This document shows, piece by piece, positions 19,476 through 33,215 of a DNA stretch of 64,000 nt. The stretch lies in assembly GCF_024700885.2 (NCBI RefSeq), contig NZ_CP117016.1; one strand, 5' to 3'. The stretch comes from Escherichia coli. Its GTDB lineage: Bacteria > Pseudomonadota > Gammaproteobacteria > Enterobacterales > Enterobacteriaceae. Within the stretch, counting starts at the first letter, position 1. Each line of letters starts with the position of its first letter. A program made the position numbers and the translations under genes. The notes below the pieces were generated by a model, which was given only the letters and a program-made list of their open reading frames with translations, did not search any database and had not been told where the DNA came from.

Positions 19476-19952
19476 TTAACTAAACATCGCAGTAATCGAG
19501 GCGCTTGCCAGAGAATGGAAATGGACGTTAAACCCGACCATCGCGCCGCTGGCACCTTCATCGACATCAATACGTTCTACATCCAGCGCGTGAACGGTAA
19601 AAATGTAGCGATGGGTTTCGCCTTTCGGCGGCGCTGCACCATCGTACCCGGTTTTACCAAAGTCGGTACGCGTCTGCAAAACGCCGTCTGGCATTGCTAC
19701 CAGACCAGAGCCAAACCCTTGCGGTAATACGCGGGTATCCGCGGGTAAATTAACAACTACCCAGTGCCACCAGCCGGAGCCAGTTGGCGCATCCGGGTCG
19801 TAGCAGGTGACAACAAAACTTTTCGTTCCCACAGGAACATCATCCCACGCCAGATGCGGTGAAATATTATCGCCATCGTAACCCATGCCGTTAAAGACAT
19901 GACGATGCGGCAACTTATCGCCATCGCGCAGATCATTACTGATGAGTTTCAT
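19476..19952 (-). CDS. ybhB: PEBP-family protein YbhB
   Basis: 158 aa, strong SD; position next to bioA as in E. coli. Confidence 0.9.
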   Translation of the reverse strand: MKLISNDLRDGDKLPHRHVFNGMGYDGDNISPHLAWDDVPVGTKSFVVTCYDPDAPTGSGWWHWVVVNLPADTRVLPQGFGSGLVAMPDGVLQTRTDFGKTGYDGAAPPKGETHRYIFTVHALDVERIDVDEGASGAMVGFNVHFHSLASASITAMFS

Positions 19953-20010
19953 GAACCCTCCTTTCTAGTTTGCAGAAAGTGTAGCCAGAAACCCTCACGC
20001 TGACTTCCCG

Positions 20011-21300
20011 TTATTGGCAAAAAAATGTTTCATCCTGCACCGCACGATTAACCGCTGCGGTCAGACGCTGCAACTGTTGCGGGAGAATAATATAGGGCGG
20101 CATCAGGTAAATCAGTTTGCCAAAAGGCCGGATCCAGACACCCTGTTCGACAAAGAATTTTTGCAGCGCTGCCATATTCACCGGACGAGTGGTTTCGACC
20201 ACGCCGATTGCCCCCAGTACGCGCACATCGGCAACCATTTCGGCGTCACAGGCGGGGGCAAGTTGCTCGCGTAGCTGCCCTTCAATAGCCGCCACCTGAT
20301 GCTGCCAGTCGCCAGATTCGAGAATCGCCAGGCTGGCGTTTGCTGCTGCGCAGGCCAGCGGATTGCCCATAAAAGTTGGCCCATGCATAAAGCAGCCGGC
20401 TTCGCCGTTACTGATGGTTTCCGCAACCTCGCGCGTGGTGAGCGTGGCGGAAAGGGTCATTGTGCCGCCGGTTAAGGCTTTACCGAGACATAAAATATCC
20501 GGCGCGATTTCTGCATGTTCACAGGCAAACAGTTTGCCGGTACGACCAAATCCGGTGGCGATCTCGTCGGCAATCAGCAAGATACCTTCGCGATCGCACA
20601 TTTTGCGGATTCGTTTTAACCATTCCGGATGGTACATGCGCATCCCGCCTGCGCCCTGGACAATCGGTTCAATGATCACCGCCGCGATTTCATGACGATG
20701 CGCCGCCATCAGGCGGGCAAAGCCCACCATATCGCGCTCATCCCATTCGCCATCCATGCGGCTTTGCGGGGCGGGAGCAAACAAGTTTTCTGGCAGATAG
20801 CCTTTCCACAGGCTGTGCATTGAGTTGTCCGGATCGCACACCGACATCGCGCCAAAGGTATCGCCATGATAACCATTGCGGAAGGTCAGAAAACGCTGGC
20901 GCGCTTCGCCTTTGGCCTGCCAGTACTGCAACGCCATTTTCATCGCCACTTCTACCGCTACGGAGCCGGAGTCCGCGAGAAAAACGCATTCCAGCGGTTG
21001 CGGCGTCATCGCCACCAGTTTGTGGCACAGCTCAATGGCTGGCGCATGAGTGATACCGCCAAACATCACATGCGACATGGCATCAATTTGCGACTTCATC
21101 GCCGCATTAAGCTGCGGGTGATTGTAACCGTGGATCGCCGCCCACCAGGACGACATACCGTCAACCAGGCGTCTGCCGTCAGACAAAATTAGCTCGCAAC
21201 CTTCGGCGCTCGCCACCGGATAAACCGGTAGCGGGGAGGTCATGGATGTGTATGGGTGCCAGATATGGCGTTGGTCAAAGGCAAGATCGTCCGTTGTCAT
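20011..21300 (-). CDS. bioA: Adenosylmethionine-8-amino-7-oxononanoate aminotransferase
   Basis: 429 aa from [17 protein letters not shown] (ATG at 21300); the track ORF is an upstream extension through the bio operator. Confidence 0.95.
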   Translation of the reverse strand: MTTDDLAFDQRHIWHPYTSMTSPLPVYPVASAEGCELILSDGRRLVDGMSSWWAAIHGYNHPQLNAAMKSQIDAMSHVMFGGITHAPAIELCHKLVAMTPQPLECVFLADSGSVAVEVAMKMALQYWQAKGEARQRFLTFRNGYHGDTFGAMSVCDPDNSMHSLWKGYLPENLFAPAPQSRMDGEWDERDMVGFARLMAAHRHEIAAVIIEPIVQGAGGMRMYHPEWLKRIRKMCDREGILLIADEIATGFGRTGKLFACEHAEIAPDILCLGKALTGGTMTLSATLTTREVAETISNGEAGCFMHGPTFMGNPLACAAANASLAILESGDWQHQVAAIEGQLREQLAPACDAEMVADVRVLGAIGVVETTRPVNMAALQKFFVEQGVWIRPFGKLIYLMPPYIILPQQLQRLTAAVNRAVQDETFFCQ

Positions 21301-21307
21301 AATCGAC

Positions 21308-21342
21308 TTGTAAACCAAATTGAAAAGATTTAGGTTTACGAG
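21308..21342. promoter_or_regulatory. bio operator (BirA site) within the divergent bioA/bioB promoters
   Basis: Imperfect palindrome TTGTAAACC-N-GGTTTAC between bioA and bioB starts. Confidence 0.8.
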
Positions 21343-21386
21343 TCTACACCGAATTAACAACAAAAAACACGTTTTGGAGAAGCCCC

Positions 21387-22427
21387 ATGGCTCACCGCCC
21401 ACGCTGGACATTGTCGCAAGTCACAGAATTATTTGAAAAACCGTTGCTGGATCTGCTGTTTGAAGCGCAGCAGGTGCATCGTCAGCATTTCGATCCACGT
21501 CAGGTGCAGGTCAGCACGTTGCTGTCAATTAAGACCGGAGCTTGTCCGGAAGATTGCAAATACTGCCCGCAAAGCTCGCGCTACAAAACCGGGCTGGAAG
21601 CCGAGCGGTTGATGGAAGTTGAACAGGTGCTGGAGTCGGCGCGCAAAGCGAAAGCGGCGGGATCGACGCGTTTCTGTATGGGCGCGGCGTGGAAGAATCC
21701 CCACGAACGCGATATGCCGTACCTGGAACAAATGGTGCAGGGAGTAAAAGCGATGGGGCTGGAGGCGTGTATGACGCTGGGTACGTTGAGTGAATCTCAG
21801 GCGCAGCGCCTTGCGAATGCCGGGCTGGATTACTACAACCATAACCTCGACACCTCGCCGGAGTTTTACGGCAATATCATCACCACACGTACTTATCAGG
21901 AACGCCTTGATACGCTGGAAAAAGTGCGCGATGCCGGGATCAAAGTCTGCTCAGGTGGCATTGTGGGTTTAGGCGAAACGGTAAAAGATCGCGCCGGATT
22001 ATTACTGCAACTGGCAAACCTGCCGACGCCGCCGGAAAGCGTGCCAATCAACATGCTCGTGAAGGTGAAAGGTACTCCACTGGCAGATAACGATGATGTC
22101 GATGCCTTTGATTTTATTCGCACCATTGCCGTAGCGCGGATCATGATGCCGACCTCTTACGTGCGCCTTTCTGCCGGACGCGAGCAGATGAACGAACAGA
22201 CTCAGGCGATGTGCTTTATGGCCGGGGCTAACTCAATTTTCTACGGTTGCAAACTGCTAACCACGCCGAATCCGGAAGAAGATAAAGACCTGCAACTGTT
22301 CCGCAAACTGGGGCTAAATCCGCAGCAAACTGCCGTGCTGGCAGGGGATAACGAACAACAGCAGCGTCTGGAGCAGGCACTGATGACCCCGGACACTGAC
22401 GAATATTACAACGCGGCAGCGCTATGA
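21387..22427 (+). CDS. bioB: Biotin synthase
   Basis: 346 aa, radical-SAM CxxxCxxC (CPEDCKYC). Confidence 0.95.
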   Translation: MAHRPRWTLSQVTELFEKPLLDLLFEAQQVHRQHFDPRQVQVSTLLSIKTGACPEDCKYCPQSSRYKTGLEAERLMEVEQVLESARKAKAAGSTRFCMGAAWKNPHERDMPYLEQMVQGVKAMGLEACMTLGTLSESQAQRLANAGLDYYNHNLDTSPEFYGNIITTRTYQERLDTLEKVRDAGIKVCSGGIVGLGETVKDRAGLLLQLANLPTPPESVPINMLVKVKGTPLADNDDVDAFDFIRTIAVARIMMPTSYVRLSAGREQMNEQTQAMCFMAGANSIFYGCKLLTTPNPEEDKDLQLFRKLGLNPQQTAVLAGDNEQQQRLEQALMTPDTDEYYNAAAL

Positions 22428-23578
22428 GCTGGCAGGATAAAATCAACGCGGCGCTCGATGCGCGGCGTGCTGCCGACGCCCTGCGTCGCCGTTATCCAGT
22501 GGCGCAAGGAGCCGGACGCTGGCTGGTGGCGGACGATCGCCAGTATCTGAACTTTTCCAGTAACGATTATTTAGGTTTAAGCCATCATCCGCAAATTATC
22601 CGTGCCTGGAAGCAGAGTGCGGAGCAATTTGGCGTCGGTAGCGGCGGCTCCGGTCACGTCAGCGGTTATAGCGTGGCACATCAGGCGCTGGAAGAAGAAC
22701 TGGCCGAGTGGCTGGGCTATTCGCGGGCACTGCTGTTTATCTCTGGTTTTGCCGCTAATCAGGCAGTCATTGCCGCGATGATGGCGAAAGAGGACCGTAT
22801 TGTTGCCGATCGGCTGAGTCACGCCTCATTGCTGGAAGCTGCCAGTTTAAGCCCGGCGCAGCTTCGCCGTTTTACCCATAACGATGTCACTCATCTGGCG
22901 CGACTGCTTGCTTCCCCCTGTCCGGGGCAGCAACTGGTGGTGACAGAAGGCGTGTTCAGCATGGACGGCGATAGTGCGCCACTGGCGGAAATCCAGAAAG
23001 TAACGCAACAGCACAATGGCTGGTTGATGGTCGATGATGCCCACGGCACGGGCGTTATCGGGGAGCAGGGGCGTGGCAGCTGCTGGCTGCAAAAGGTAAA
23101 ACCAGAATTGCTGGTGGTGACTTTTGGCAAAGGATTTGGCGTCAGTGGGGCAGCGGTGCTTTGCTCCGATACGGTGGCGGATTATCTGCTGCAATTCGCC
23201 CGCCATCTTATCTACAGCACCAGTATGCCGCCCGCTCAGGCGCAGGCATTACGTGCATCGCTGGCGGTCATTCGCAGTGATGAGGGTGATGCACGGCGCG
23301 AAAAACTGGCGGCACTCATTACGCGTTTTCGTGCCGGAGTACAGGATTTGCCGTTTACGCTGGCTGATTCATGCAGCGCCATCCAGCCATTGATTGTTGG
23401 TGATAACAGCCGTGCGTTACAACTGGCAGAAAAACTGCGCCAGCAAGGCTGCTGGGTCACGGCGATTCGCCCGCCAACCGTACCTGCTGGTACTGCGCGA
23501 CTGCGCTTAACACTAACCGCCGCGCATGAAATGCAGGATATCGACCGTCTGCTGGAGGTGCTGCATGGCAACGGTTAA
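22424..23578 (+). CDS. bioF: 8-amino-7-oxononanoate synthase
   Basis: 384 aa; overlapping operon arrangement. Confidence 0.95.
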   Translation: MSWQDKINAALDARRAADALRRRYPVAQGAGRWLVADDRQYLNFSSNDYLGLSHHPQIIRAWKQSAEQFGVGSGGSGHVSGYSVAHQALEEELAEWLGYSRALLFISGFAANQAVIAAMMAKEDRIVADRLSHASLLEAASLSPAQLRRFTHNDVTHLARLLASPCPGQQLVVTEGVFSMDGDSAPLAEIQKVTQQHNGWLMVDDAHGTGVIGEQGRGSCWLQKVKPELLVVTFGKGFGVSGAAVLCSDTVADYLLQFARHLIYSTSMPPAQAQALRASLAVIRSDEGDARREKLAALITRFRAGVQDLPFTLADSCSAIQPLIVGDNSRALQLAEKLRQQGCWVTAIRPPTVPAGTARLRLTLTAAHEMQDIDRLLEVLHGNG

Positions 23579-24320
23579 TAAACAAGCCATTGCAGCGGCA
23601 TTTGGTCGGGCAGCCGCGCACTATGAGCAACATGCGGATCTACAGCGCCAGAGTGCTGACGTCTTACTGGCAATGCTCCCACAGCGTAAATACACCCACG
23701 TACTGGACGCGGGTTGTGGACCTGGCTGGATGAGCCGCCACTGGCGGGAACGTCACGCGCAGGTGACGGCGTTAGATCTCTCGCCGCCAATGCTTGTTCA
23801 GGCACGCCAGAAGGATGCCGCAGACCATTATCTGGCGGGAGATATCGAATCCCTGCCGTTAGCGACTGCAACCTTCGATCTTGCATGGAGCAATCTCGCG
23901 GTACAGTGGTGCGGTAATTTATCCACGGCACTCCGCGAGCTATACAGGGTGGTGCGCCCCGGAGGCGTGGTCGCGTTTACCACGCTGGTGCAGGGATCGC
24001 TCCCTGAATTACATCAGGCGTGGCAGGCGGTGGACGAGCGCCCGCATGCTAATCGCTTTTTACCGCCAGATGAAATCGAACAGTCGCTGAACGGCGTGCA
24101 TTATCAACATCATATTCAGCCCATCACGCTGTGGTTTGATGATGCGCTCAGTGCCATGCGTTCGCTGAAAGGCATCGGTGCCACGCATCTTCATGAAGGG
24201 CGCGACCCGCGAATATTAACGCGTTCGCAGTTGCAGCGATTACAACTGGCCTGGCCGCAACAACAGGGGCGATATCCTCTGACGTATCATCTTTTTTTGG
24301 GAGTAATTGCTCGTGAGTAA
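23565..24320 (+). CDS. bioC: Malonyl-ACP O-methyltransferase
   Basis: 251 aa from [17 protein letters not shown]-MTase motif LDAGCGPG. Confidence 0.9.
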   Translation: MATVNKQAIAAAFGRAAAHYEQHADLQRQSADVLLAMLPQRKYTHVLDAGCGPGWMSRHWRERHAQVTALDLSPPMLVQARQKDAADHYLAGDIESLPLATATFDLAWSNLAVQWCGNLSTALRELYRVVRPGGVVAFTTLVQGSLPELHQAWQAVDERPHANRFLPPDEIEQSLNGVHYQHHIQPITLWFDDALSAMRSLKGIGATHLHEGRDPRILTRSQLQRLQLAWPQQQGRYPLTYHLFLGVIARE

Positions 24321-24990
24321 ACGTTATTTTGTCACCGGAACGGATACCGAAGTGGGGAAAACTGTCGCCAGTTGTGCACTTTTACAAGCCGCGAAGGCAG
24401 CAGGTTATCGGACGGCAGGTTATAAACCGGTCGCCTCTGGCAGCGAAAAGACCCCGGAAGGCTTACGTAATAGTGACGCGCTGGCGTTACAGCACAACAG
24501 CAGCCTGCAGCTGGATTACGCAACGGTAAATCCTTACACCTTCGCAGAACCCACTTCGCCGCACATCATCAGCGCACAAGAGGGCAGGCCGATAGAATCA
24601 TTGGTAATGAGTGCCGGATTACGCGCGCTTGAACAACAGGCTGACTGGGTGTTAGTGGAAGGTGCTGGCGGCTGGTTTACGCCGCTTTCTGACACTTTCA
24701 CTTTTGCGGATTGGGTAACACAGGAACAACTGCCGGTGATACTGGTAGTTGGTGTGAAACTCGGCTGTATTAATCACGCGATGTTGACGGCACAGGCAAT
24801 ACAACACGCCGGACTGACTCTGGCGGGTTGGGTGGCGAATGATGTCACGCCTCCTGGAAAACGTCACGCTGAATATATGACCACGCTCACCCGCATGATT
24901 CCCGCGCCGCTGGTGGGCGAAATTCCCTGGCTTGCAGAAAATCCAGAAAATGCGGCAACCGGAAAGTACATAAACCTTGCCTTGTTGTAG
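24313..24990 (+). CDS. bioD: Dethiobiotin synthetase
   Basis: GTG start giving [17 protein letters not shown] (P-loop); 225 aa. Confidence 0.9.
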   Translation: MSKRYFVTGTDTEVGKTVASCALLQAAKAAGYRTAGYKPVASGSEKTPEGLRNSDALALQHNSSLQLDYATVNPYTFAEPTSPHIISAQEGRPIESLVMSAGLRALEQQADWVLVEGAGGWFTPLSDTFTFADWVTQEQLPVILVVGVKLGCINHAMLTAQAIQHAGLTLAGWVANDVTPPGKRHAEYMTTLTRMIPAPLVGEIPWLAENPENAATGKYINLALL

Positions 24991-25149
24991 CCATCCTGTA
25001 TTTGGTTAAATTGCGAGCGAGATCGCGTCTTCGATTGACTGCAATTTAACCAATTAAATTCTAAAATAATCACGAAAAAAATTTTACTTCCGCATCATGC
25101 GATGAATGTGGGAATTGCCCAGGCGGCGGGGGATAGGGGCTGCAGACAG

Positions 25150-25172
25150 TTATCCACTATTCCTGTGGATAA
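25150..25172. promoter_or_regulatory. Inverted pair of DnaA-box-like sequences (TTATCCACT / TGTGGATAA) in the uvrB upstream region
   Basis: Read directly from the sequence. Confidence 0.5.
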
Positions 25173-25476
25173 CCATGTGTATTAGAGTTAGAAAACACGA
25201 GGCAAGCGAGAGAATACGCGGCTTGCACGCGAATTGGCGTTAAAGACGGCTCAAAGAAATATCTTTTATTTTTTAACTGGTTAGATAATTGCAATGGCAG
25301 TCACTGAAGAGGCATCTCTTGCCATAAAACTGTCATCACTCATCTTGACAAATGTTAAAAAAGCCGTTGCTTTGGGGATAACCCGGTAAGGCCGGAGTTT
25401 TATCTCGCCACAGAGTAAATTTTGCTCATGATTGACAGCGGAGTTTACGCTGTAACAGAAATATTATGGTGAGGAA

Positions 25477-25492
25477 CTGTTTTTTTATCCAG
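25477..25492 (+). promoter_or_regulatory. LexA (SOS) box of uvrB
   Basis: CTGT-N8-CCAG immediately upstream of a TATAAT element. Confidence 0.75.
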
Positions 25493-25568
25493 TATAATTT
25501 GTTGGCATAATTAAGTACGACGAGTAAAATTACATACCTGCCCGCCCAACTCCTTCAGGTAGCGACTC

Positions 25569-27590
25569 ATGAGTAAACCGTTCAAACTGAATTCCGCTTT
25601 TAAACCTTCTGGCGATCAGCCAGAGGCGATTCGACGTCTCGAAGAGGGGCTGGAAGATGGCCTGGCGCACCAGACGTTACTTGGCGTGACTGGCTCCGGG
25701 AAAACCTTCACCATTGCCAATGTCATTGCTGACCTTCAGCGCCCAACCATGGTACTTGCGCCCAACAAAACTCTGGCGGCCCAGCTGTATGGCGAAATGA
25801 AAGAGTTCTTCCCGGAAAACGCGGTGGAGTATTTCGTCTCCTACTACGACTACTATCAGCCGGAAGCCTATGTACCGAGTTCCGACACCTTCATTGAGAA
25901 AGATGCCTCGGTTAACGAACATATTGAGCAGATGCGTTTGTCCGCTACCAAAGCGATGCTGGAGCGGCGTGATGTGGTTGTGGTGGCGTCTGTTTCCGCG
26001 ATTTATGGTCTGGGCGATCCTGATTTATATCTCAAAATGATGCTCCATCTCACGGTCGGTATGATTATCGATCAGCGCGCGATCCTGCGCCGACTGGCGG
26101 AGCTGCAATACGCTCGTAATGATCAAGCATTCCAGCGTGGTACTTTCCGCGTTCGTGGTGAGGTGATTGATATCTTCCCGGCAGAATCGGATGACATTGC
26201 ACTTCGCGTGGAGCTGTTTGACGAGGAAGTGGAACGATTGTCGTTATTTGACCCGCTCACCGGGCAGATTGTTTCCACTATTCCACGTTTTACCATCTAT
26301 CCGAAAACGCACTACGTCACGCCGCGCGAGCGCATCGTACAGGCGATGGAAGAGATCAAAGAAGAACTGGCCGCCAGACGCAAAGTGCTGTTGGAGAATA
26401 ACAAACTGCTGGAAGAGCAGCGGCTGACCCAGCGTACCCAGTTTGATCTGGAGATGATGAACGAGCTGGGCTACTGTTCCGGGATTGAGAATTACTCGCG
26501 CTTCCTCTCCGGTCGTGGACCGGGTGAGCCACCGCCGACGCTGTTTGATTACCTGCCTGCCGATGGGCTGCTGGTGGTTGATGAATCTCACGTTACCATT
26601 CCGCAAATTGGCGGCATGTATCGCGGTGACCGGGCGCGTAAAGAGACGCTGGTGGAGTACGGCTTCCGCCTGCCATCAGCGCTGGATAACCGTCCGCTGA
26701 AATTTGAAGAGTTCGAAGCATTAGCGCCGCAAACCATCTATGTTTCGGCGACGCCGGGTAATTACGAGCTGGAAAAATCCGGCGGCGATGTGGTGGATCA
26801 GGTGGTGCGTCCAACCGGATTGCTTGATCCGATTATCGAAGTGCGGCCAGTGGCGACACAGGTCGATGATCTTCTATCGGAGATTCGTCAGCGAGCGGCA
26901 ATTAACGAACGCGTACTGGTCACCACACTGACCAAGCGAATGGCGGAAGATCTCACGGAATATCTCGAAGAACACGGCGAGCGCGTGCGTTATCTTCACT
27001 CAGATATCGACACCGTCGAACGTATGGAGATTATCCGCGACTTGCGTCTGGGCGAGTTCGACGTGCTGGTGGGGATCAACTTACTGCGCGAAGGTCTGGA
27101 TATGCCGGAAGTGTCGCTGGTGGCGATCCTCGACGCTGACAAAGAAGGCTTCCTGCGTTCCGAACGTTCGTTGATCCAGACTATTGGTCGTGCGGCGCGT
27201 AACGTTAACGGTAAAGCGATTCTCTACGGCGATAAGATCACCCCGTCAATGGCGAAAGCGATTGGCGAAACCGAACGTCGTCGCGAGAAACAGCAGAAGT
27301 ACAACGAGGAACACGGTATTACGCCGCAAGGCTTGAACAAGAAAGTGGTCGATATCCTGGCGCTGGGGCAGAACATTGCTAAAACCAAAGCGAAGGGCAG
27401 AGGAAAATCGCGCCCGATTGTTGAGCCGGATAATGTGCCGATGGATATGTCGCCTAAAGCGTTGCAGCAGAAGATCCATGAACTCGAAGGGTTGATGATG
27501 CAACACGCGCAGAATCTGGAGTTCGAAGAAGCGGCACAAATTCGTGACCAGTTGCATCAGCTGCGTGAGCTGTTTATTGCCGCGTCGTGA
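25569..27590 (+). CDS. uvrB: Excinuclease ABC subunit B
   Basis: 673 aa; Walker A GVTGSGKT. Confidence 0.97.
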
Positions 27591-27654
27591 CAAGATGAAA
27601 AAGCCGGAATGTTCTTCCGGTTCAGATTAACGATCAAGTCAAAAAAGTGCTCGA

Positions 27655-27693
27655 ACGTTCCCCTCGCCCCTCCGGGGAGAGGGTGAGGGGAAC
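27655..27693. repeat. GC-rich palindromic intergenic repeat (GTTCCCCTC...GAGGGGAAC hairpin)
   Basis: Inverted repeat read directly; same family as the element at 62165-62225. Confidence 0.6.
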
Positions 27694-27736
27694 AGGTCGC
27701 ATTGCACCAGAAGCCTGGTCAGCAATCTCGGCCACA

Positions 27737-28705
<969 letters not shown>

Positions 28706-28892
28706 TTAACCTGCCAATATTGAGGATACAAACTATTTTCTTCTACCTCTAAAGGATGATGTACGCTATGCCTCTCTGATGATGTATATCAAAGTAAAAC
28801 CGCCATTTTCCCTTATTCTGTAGCGAAATAGCACGATCATGACGCTATATACATGATTACATAGCGAAAGTGTGGATGGTAAAAATCTCATT

Positions 28893-29041
28893 TACACGCT
28901 AGTATCGGCTTAACCACTAAACACTCTAGCCTCTGCACCTGGGTCAACTGATACGGTGCTTTGGCCGTGACAATGCTCGTAAAGATTGCCACCAGGGCGA
29001 AGAAAGAAATGACTTCGCCTCCCGTATCTGGAAAGGTGTAC
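28893..29041 (+). promoter_or_regulatory. moaA 5' leader; expected location of the molybdenum-cofactor (Moco) riboswitch
   Basis: Long structured leader ending in a CCUCC element at the RBS; assignment from established knowledge of the E. coli moaABCDE leader, boundaries approximate. Confidence 0.55.
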
Positions 29042-30031
29042 ATGGCTTCACAACTGACTGATGCATTTGCGCGTAAGTTTTACTACTTGCGCCTGTCGAT
29101 TACCGATGTGTGTAACTTTCGTTGCACCTACTGCCTGCCGGATGGCTACAAACCGAGCGGCGTCACCAATAAAGGCTTTCTTACCGTCGATGAAATTCGC
29201 CGGGTTACGCGCGCCTTCGCCAGTCTGGGCACCGAAAAAGTCCGTCTGACGGGCGGTGAGCCATCTTTACGCCGCGACTTTACCGATATCATCGCCGCTG
29301 TGCGGGAAAACGACGCTATCCGCCAGATTGCGGTCACCACCAATGGTTACCGTCTGGAACGCGATGTGGCGAACTGGCGCGATGCGGGACTTACTGGCAT
29401 CAACGTCAGCGTTGATAGCCTTGACGCTCGCCAGTTTCATGCCATTACCGGGCAGGATAAATTCAACCAGGTCATGGCAGGGATCGATGCTGCATTTGAG
29501 GCCGGTTTTGAGAAGGTCAAAGTCAATACCGTGCTGATGCGTGATGTTAATCATCATCAGCTCGACACCTTTCTGAACTGGATCCAGCATCGCCCTATCC
29601 AGCTGCGTTTCATCGAATTGATGGAAACGGGTGAGGGCAGCGAGCTCTTCCGTAAGCATCACATCTCTGGTCAGGTTCTGCGTGACGAGCTACTGCGTCG
29701 CGGCTGGATCCACCAATTACGTCAACGCAGCGACGGTCCCGCGCAAGTCTTTTGTCATCCGGATTACGCCGGAGAGATTGGCCTTATCATGCCGTATGAA
29801 AAAGACTTCTGCGCCACTTGCAACCGCCTGCGCGTTTCCTCCATTGGTAAACTCCATCTCTGCCTGTTTGGTGAAGGCGGCGTTAACCTGCGCGATCTGC
29901 TGGAAGACGATACCCAGCAACAGGCGCTGGAAGCGCGTATTTCAGCGGCGCTGCGGGAGAAGAAACAGACCCATTTCCTGCATCAAAACAACACCGGTAT
30001 TACGCAAAACTTATCGTACATTGGCGGCTAA
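29042..30031 (+). CDS. moaA: GTP 3',8-cyclase
   Basis: 329 aa from MASQLTDAF; radical-[11 protein letters not shown]. Confidence 0.95.
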
Positions 30032-30052
30032 AACGTCAAAAGGAGAGATCAG

Positions 30053-30565
30053 ATGAGTCAGGTAAGCACTGAATTTATCCCGACCCGTATTGCTATTCTT
30101 ACGGTTTCTAATCGTCGTGGTGAAGAAGACGATACCTCCGGTCACTATCTGCGCGATTCGGCGCAGGAAGCGGGCCATCACGTTGTCGATAAAGCCATTG
30201 TGAAAGAAAACCGCTACGCTATTCGCGCTCAGGTATCTGCGTGGATCGCCAGCGACGATGTACAAGTGGTATTGATTACGGGGGGTACTGGCCTGACGGA
30301 AGGTGATCAGGCTCCCGAAGCGCTGCTGCCGTTGTTCGACCGTGAAGTTGAAGGTTTTGGTGAAGTGTTCCGGATGTTGTCGTTTGAAGAGATTGGCACC
30401 TCAACGTTGCAATCTCGTGCGGTAGCGGGCGTCGCTAACAAAACGCTGATTTTCGCCATGCCGGGTTCGACCAAAGCGTGCCGCACCGCGTGGGAAAATA
30501 TCATCGCGCCGCAGCTCGATGCCCGTACACGTCCATGCAATTTCCATCCACATTTGAAGAAATAA
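30053..30565 (+). CDS. moaB: Molybdenum cofactor biosynthesis protein B
   Basis: 170 aa; synteny. Confidence 0.95.
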
Positions 30566-30567
30566 GT

Positions 30568-31053
30568 ATGTCGCAACTGACCCATATCAACGCCGCTGGC
30601 GAAGCACACATGGTGGATGTCTCCGCCAAAGCGGAAACCGTGCGTGAAGCGCGGGCGGAAGCCTTTGTCACCATGCGCAGCGAGACGCTGGCGATGATTA
30701 TTGATGGTCGCCACCACAAAGGCGACGTATTTGCCACTGCGCGTATCGCCGGTATTCAGGCGGCAAAACGCACCTGGGATCTGATCCCGCTCTGTCACCC
30801 GCTGATGCTCAGCAAAGTTGAAGTCAATTTACAGGCCGAGCCGGAGCACAATCGGGTACGTATAGAAACCTTATGCCGCCTGACCGGGAAAACCGGTGTC
30901 GAAATGGAAGCGTTAACCGCGGCCTCCGTGGCGGCGCTGACCATTTATGACATGTGCAAAGCGGTGCAAAAAGATATGGTAATTGGTCCGGTACGTTTGC
31001 TGGCGAAGAGCGGCGGCAAGTCGGGTGACTTTAAGGTGGAAGCGGATGATTAA
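30568..31053 (+). CDS. moaC: Cyclic pyranopterin monophosphate synthase
   Basis: 161 aa from [19 protein letters not shown]. Confidence 0.95.
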
Positions 31054-31291
31054 AGTTCTTTTTTTCGCCCAGGTGCGCGAGTTGGTGGGAACAGATGCAA
31101 CCGAAGTGGCTGCGGATTTCCCAACCGTTGAAGCGTTACGCCAGCACCTGGCTGCGCAGAGCGATCGCTGGGCGCTGGCGCTGGAAGATGGCAAATTGCT
31201 GGCTGCCGTCAACCAGACGCTGGTGAGTCTTGACCATCCGCTGACTGACGGCGACGAAGTGGCTTTCTTCCCGCCGGTAACCGGAGGTTAA
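31046..31291 (+). CDS. moaD: Molybdopterin synthase sulfur carrier subunit
   Basis: 81 aa ending in GG. Confidence 0.95.
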
Positions 31292-31292
31292 G

Positions 31293-31745
31293 ATGGCAGA
31301 AACCAAAATTGTTGTCGGCCCGCAGCCATTCAGCGTAGGAGAAGAGTATCCGTGGCTGGCGGAGCGTGATGAAGACGGTGCGGTAGTCACCTTTACCGGT
31401 AAGGTGCGCAACCATAACCTTGGCGACAGCGTCAAAGCATTAACCCTCGAACACTATCCGGGGATGACTGAAAAAGCACTGGCAGAAATTGTCGATGAAG
31501 CGCGTAACCGCTGGCCGCTGGGGCGCGTCACGGTGATTCACCGCATCGGGGAATTATGGCCGGGAGATGAAATCGTTTTTGTCGGTGTCACCAGTGCGCA
31601 TCGCAGCAGTGCGTTTGAAGCCGGGCAGTTTATTATGGATTATCTCAAAACCCGCGCACCGTTCTGGAAGCGTGAAGCCACGCCGGAAGGCGACCGCTGG
31701 GTTGAAGCTCGGGAGAGCGATCAGCAGGCGGCAAAACGCTGGTAG
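31293..31745 (+). CDS. moaE: Molybdopterin synthase catalytic subunit
   Basis: 150 aa; synteny. Confidence 0.95.
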   Translation: MAETKIVVGPQPFSVGEEYPWLAERDEDGAVVTFTGKVRNHNLGDSVKALTLEHYPGMTEKALAEIVDEARNRWPLGRVTVIHRIGELWPGDEIVFVGVTSAHRSSAFEAGQFIMDYLKTRAPFWKREATPEGDRWVEARESDQQAAKRW

Positions 31746-31755
31746 TTTTTTGTTA

Positions 31756-31782
31756 GCCGGATAAGGCACCGCTGCGTCCGGC
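31756..31782. repeat. REP element
   Basis: GCCGGATAAGGC...GTCCGGC palindrome. Confidence 0.7.
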
Positions 31783-31881
31783 AATTTCACCGCTCAGTAC
31801 ATGCGTTTACGCTGCGTCGATGCACAGCCTCATCATTTTGCAGTATCCTTAAGATATTCCTTATATCTTCAGGAGATCGTC

Positions 31882-32586
31882 ATGGACAGATTCCCACGTT
31901 CTGATTCAATTGTACACCCCCGGGCTGGCTTGCAAACTTATATGGCGCAAGTCTATGGCTGGATGACCGTTGGCTTGTTGCTGACCGCATTTGTTGCCTG
32001 GTATGCGGCTAATTCCGCGGCCGTGATGGAGCTGTTGTTCACTAACCGTGTCTTTTTAATCGGTCTGATCATCGCGCAATTAGCATTGGTTATTGTGTTA
32101 TCAGCGATGATTCAAAAGCTGAGCGCAGGTGTAACGACGATGCTCTTTATGCTTTATTCGGCGCTGACGGGTCTTACGCTTTCCAGTATTTTCATTGTCT
32201 ATACCGCTGCTTCTATCGCCAGTACTTTCGTCGTTACTGCCGGGATGTTTGGCGCAATGAGCCTGTACGGTTACACCACGAAGCGCGATCTAAGCGGCTT
32301 TGGCAATATGCTGTTTATGGCGTTAATCGGCATTGTGCTGGCATCGCTGGTCAACTTCTGGCTGAAAAGCGAAGCATTGATGTGGGCAGTTACCTACATC
32401 GGCGTGATTGTCTTTGTCGGATTGACGGCGTATGACACTCAGAAATTGAAAAATATGGGTGAGCAGATTGATACCCGCGACACGTCGAACCTGCGCAAAT
32501 ATTCCATTCTTGGCGCGTTAACCTTGTATCTGGACTTCATCAACTTGTTCCTGATGTTGTTGCGGATCTTCGGCAACCGCCGTTAA
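31882..32586 (+). CDS. ybhL: BAX-inhibitor-1 family inner-membrane protein
   Basis: 234 aa, multi-TM, SD-ATG start. Confidence 0.9.
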   Translation: MDRFPRSDSIVHPRAGLQTYMAQVYGWMTVGLLLTAFVAWYAANSAAVMELLFTNRVFLIGLIIAQLALVIVLSAMIQKLSAGVTTMLFMLYSALTGLTLSSIFIVYTAASIASTFVVTAGMFGAMSLYGYTTKRDLSGFGNMLFMALIGIVLASLVNFWLKSEALMWAVTYIGVIVFVGLTAYDTQKLKNMGEQIDTRDTSNLRKYSILGALTLYLDFINLFLMLLRIFGNRR

Positions 32587-32790
32587 TTCTTTTTCACCAT
32601 CAATATCCCGGCCATGTGTCGGGATTTTTTTCTTACTAAAAACGACACTTAACAAGTACCAGGTATAAAATATGCCTTATGGCCGAGCGGAAGTGTTTTC
32701 CGTATCCATAAATACAAAAATATTTTGTATGCGTGGTTTTAAATTTATTGATGGTGAATATTAATATTTTTTCTAAGGACAACTAAAAGA

Positions 32791-33180
32791 ATGGAATCAT
32801 ACTCGCAAAACAGCAATAAATTAGATTTTCAGCACGAGGCCAGGATATTAAACGGTATATGGCTCATTACCGCTTTGGGTATGGTGGCAACCGCAGAGCT
32901 GGCCCTGGTGATCATCATGGATGCCGCATTAATGAGTGAACGACCCGTTTGGGTAATAAGTTGCTTAATGATTGTGTTATGGTCAGGCATTATCTCGCAT
33001 GGACGAAATAAGCTCCTTGAACTGGCAGGAAAATGCCATAGCGAAGAGTTGTGGAGTCCGGTTCGTTGCGCTTTTACAGGTGCATTAACACTCTATTACT
33101 ATTTTATCGGCTTCTTTGGGATACTTGCCGCGATAGCTATAACGCTTGTCTGGCAAAGGCATACGCGTTTTTTTCATTAG
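32791..33180 (+). CDS. ybhM: Small inner-membrane protein at the ybhM locus (129 aa here)
   Basis: Only long ORF in the slot between ybhL and ybhN; three hydrophobic segments. Confidence 0.6.
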   Translation: MESYSQNSNKLDFQHEARILNGIWLITALGMVATAELALVIIMDAALMSERPVWVISCLMIVLWSGIISHGRNKLLELAGKCHSEELWSPVRCAFTGALTLYYYFIGFFGILAAIAITLVWQRHTRFFH

Positions 33181-33215
33181 TCGTAAATGCACATACTAAA
33201 GAACTTAACTAAACT

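Noticed and set aside
21301..21411. Upstream extension of bioA to 466 aa
   Set aside because: The extension runs through the bio operator; the conserved start MTTDDLAF is at 21300.
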